From Nocardiopsis sp. JB363 (GTDB taxonomy: Bacteria > Actinomycetota > Actinomycetes > Streptosporangiales > Streptosporangiaceae), in the NCBI RefSeq assembly GCF_900143625.1, contig NZ_FRFF01000191.1:430-24429 (forward strand): a stretch of 24,000 nucleotides of DNA, written 5' to 3'. The notes beneath the pieces are model-generated. The model was not told the origin of the DNA, did not search any database, and saw nothing but the letters and a program-made list of their open reading frames with translations. Shown here one piece after another: positions 23,850 to 24,000 of the stretch. Positions within the stretch are counted from its first letter, which is position 1, and each line of letters opens with the position of its first letter. The position numbers were made by a program, and so were the translations under genes.

Positions 23850-24000
23850 ATGGTGTCCGAAGCCCGCCAGTACCTGCCCGGCCGCGCCGCCCTGGCGGCC
23901 TTGGCCGTGGGGGCGGTCCTGTCCCTCAGCGCCTGCGGGCTGCCGTTCCTTCCCCCGGCCCTCCAGGGCGCGGAGCCCGAGCCGAGCCCCACGCCCGTCG
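23850..24000 (+). CDS. Lipoprotein, 5' end only (continues beyond the window)
   Basis: Absent from the track because it runs off the right edge. GGAG lies 5 nt upstream of ATG 23850. Translation: MVSEARQYLPGRAALAALAVGAVLSLSACGLPF, with lipobox L-S-A-C. High GC3 resumes here. Confidence 0.6.
   Translation, partial: MVSEARQYLPGRAALAALAVGAVLSLSACGLPFLPPALQGAEPEPSPTPV

Noticed and set aside
1-24000. CRISPR arrays, rRNA genes, transposases, toxin-antitoxin pairs, restriction-modification genes
   Set aside because: I scanned for regularly spaced direct repeats and for hallmark motifs and found none. The only repeats are the short palindromes, hairpins and inverted elements listed above.

Overview
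High-GC (about 70%) actinobacterial chromosomal window; the mycothiol-dependent isomerase, SARP regulator and GC3-rich codon bias support that placement. I find no CRISPR array, transposase, integrase or rRNA.

Left to right:
- A 3'-truncated ChoD-like GMC oxidoreductase (minus), divergent from a DUF6230/DUF6114 pair of unknown function. The DUF6114 member is unusually long.
- A convergent SF1/UvrD-like helicase with an extra N-terminal domain.
- A roughly 765-bp lower-GC, structure-rich non-coding region.
- A DUF1707/LiaF-like protein.
- Two diverged SanA/YdcF (DUF218) paralogues in inverted orientation. They bracket one uncharacterised gene, and each is followed by the same 21-22 nt element.
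- A flavin amine oxidase whose domain order looks circularly permuted. It is translationally coupled to a 3-hydroxybenzoate 6-hydroxylase.
- A complete mycothiol-type gentisate pathway: IclR regulator, gentisate 1,2-dioxygenase, fumarylpyruvate hydrolase and maleylpyruvate isomerase.
- A DUF885 protein, then murR-murQ, then an orphan SARP/NB-ARC regulator and a small membrane ORF.
- Two tandem tRNA-Lys(CUU) genes.
- A roughly 750-bp low-GC islet encoding a small secreted 4-Cys protein.
- The 5' end of a lipoprotein gene.

Many long ORFs in the supplied track are antisense or out-of-frame shadows typical of high-GC DNA, and I discarded them. Two real genes that run off the window edges are missing from the track. 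All family assignments rest on motif recognition by eye and on memory; no searches were run.
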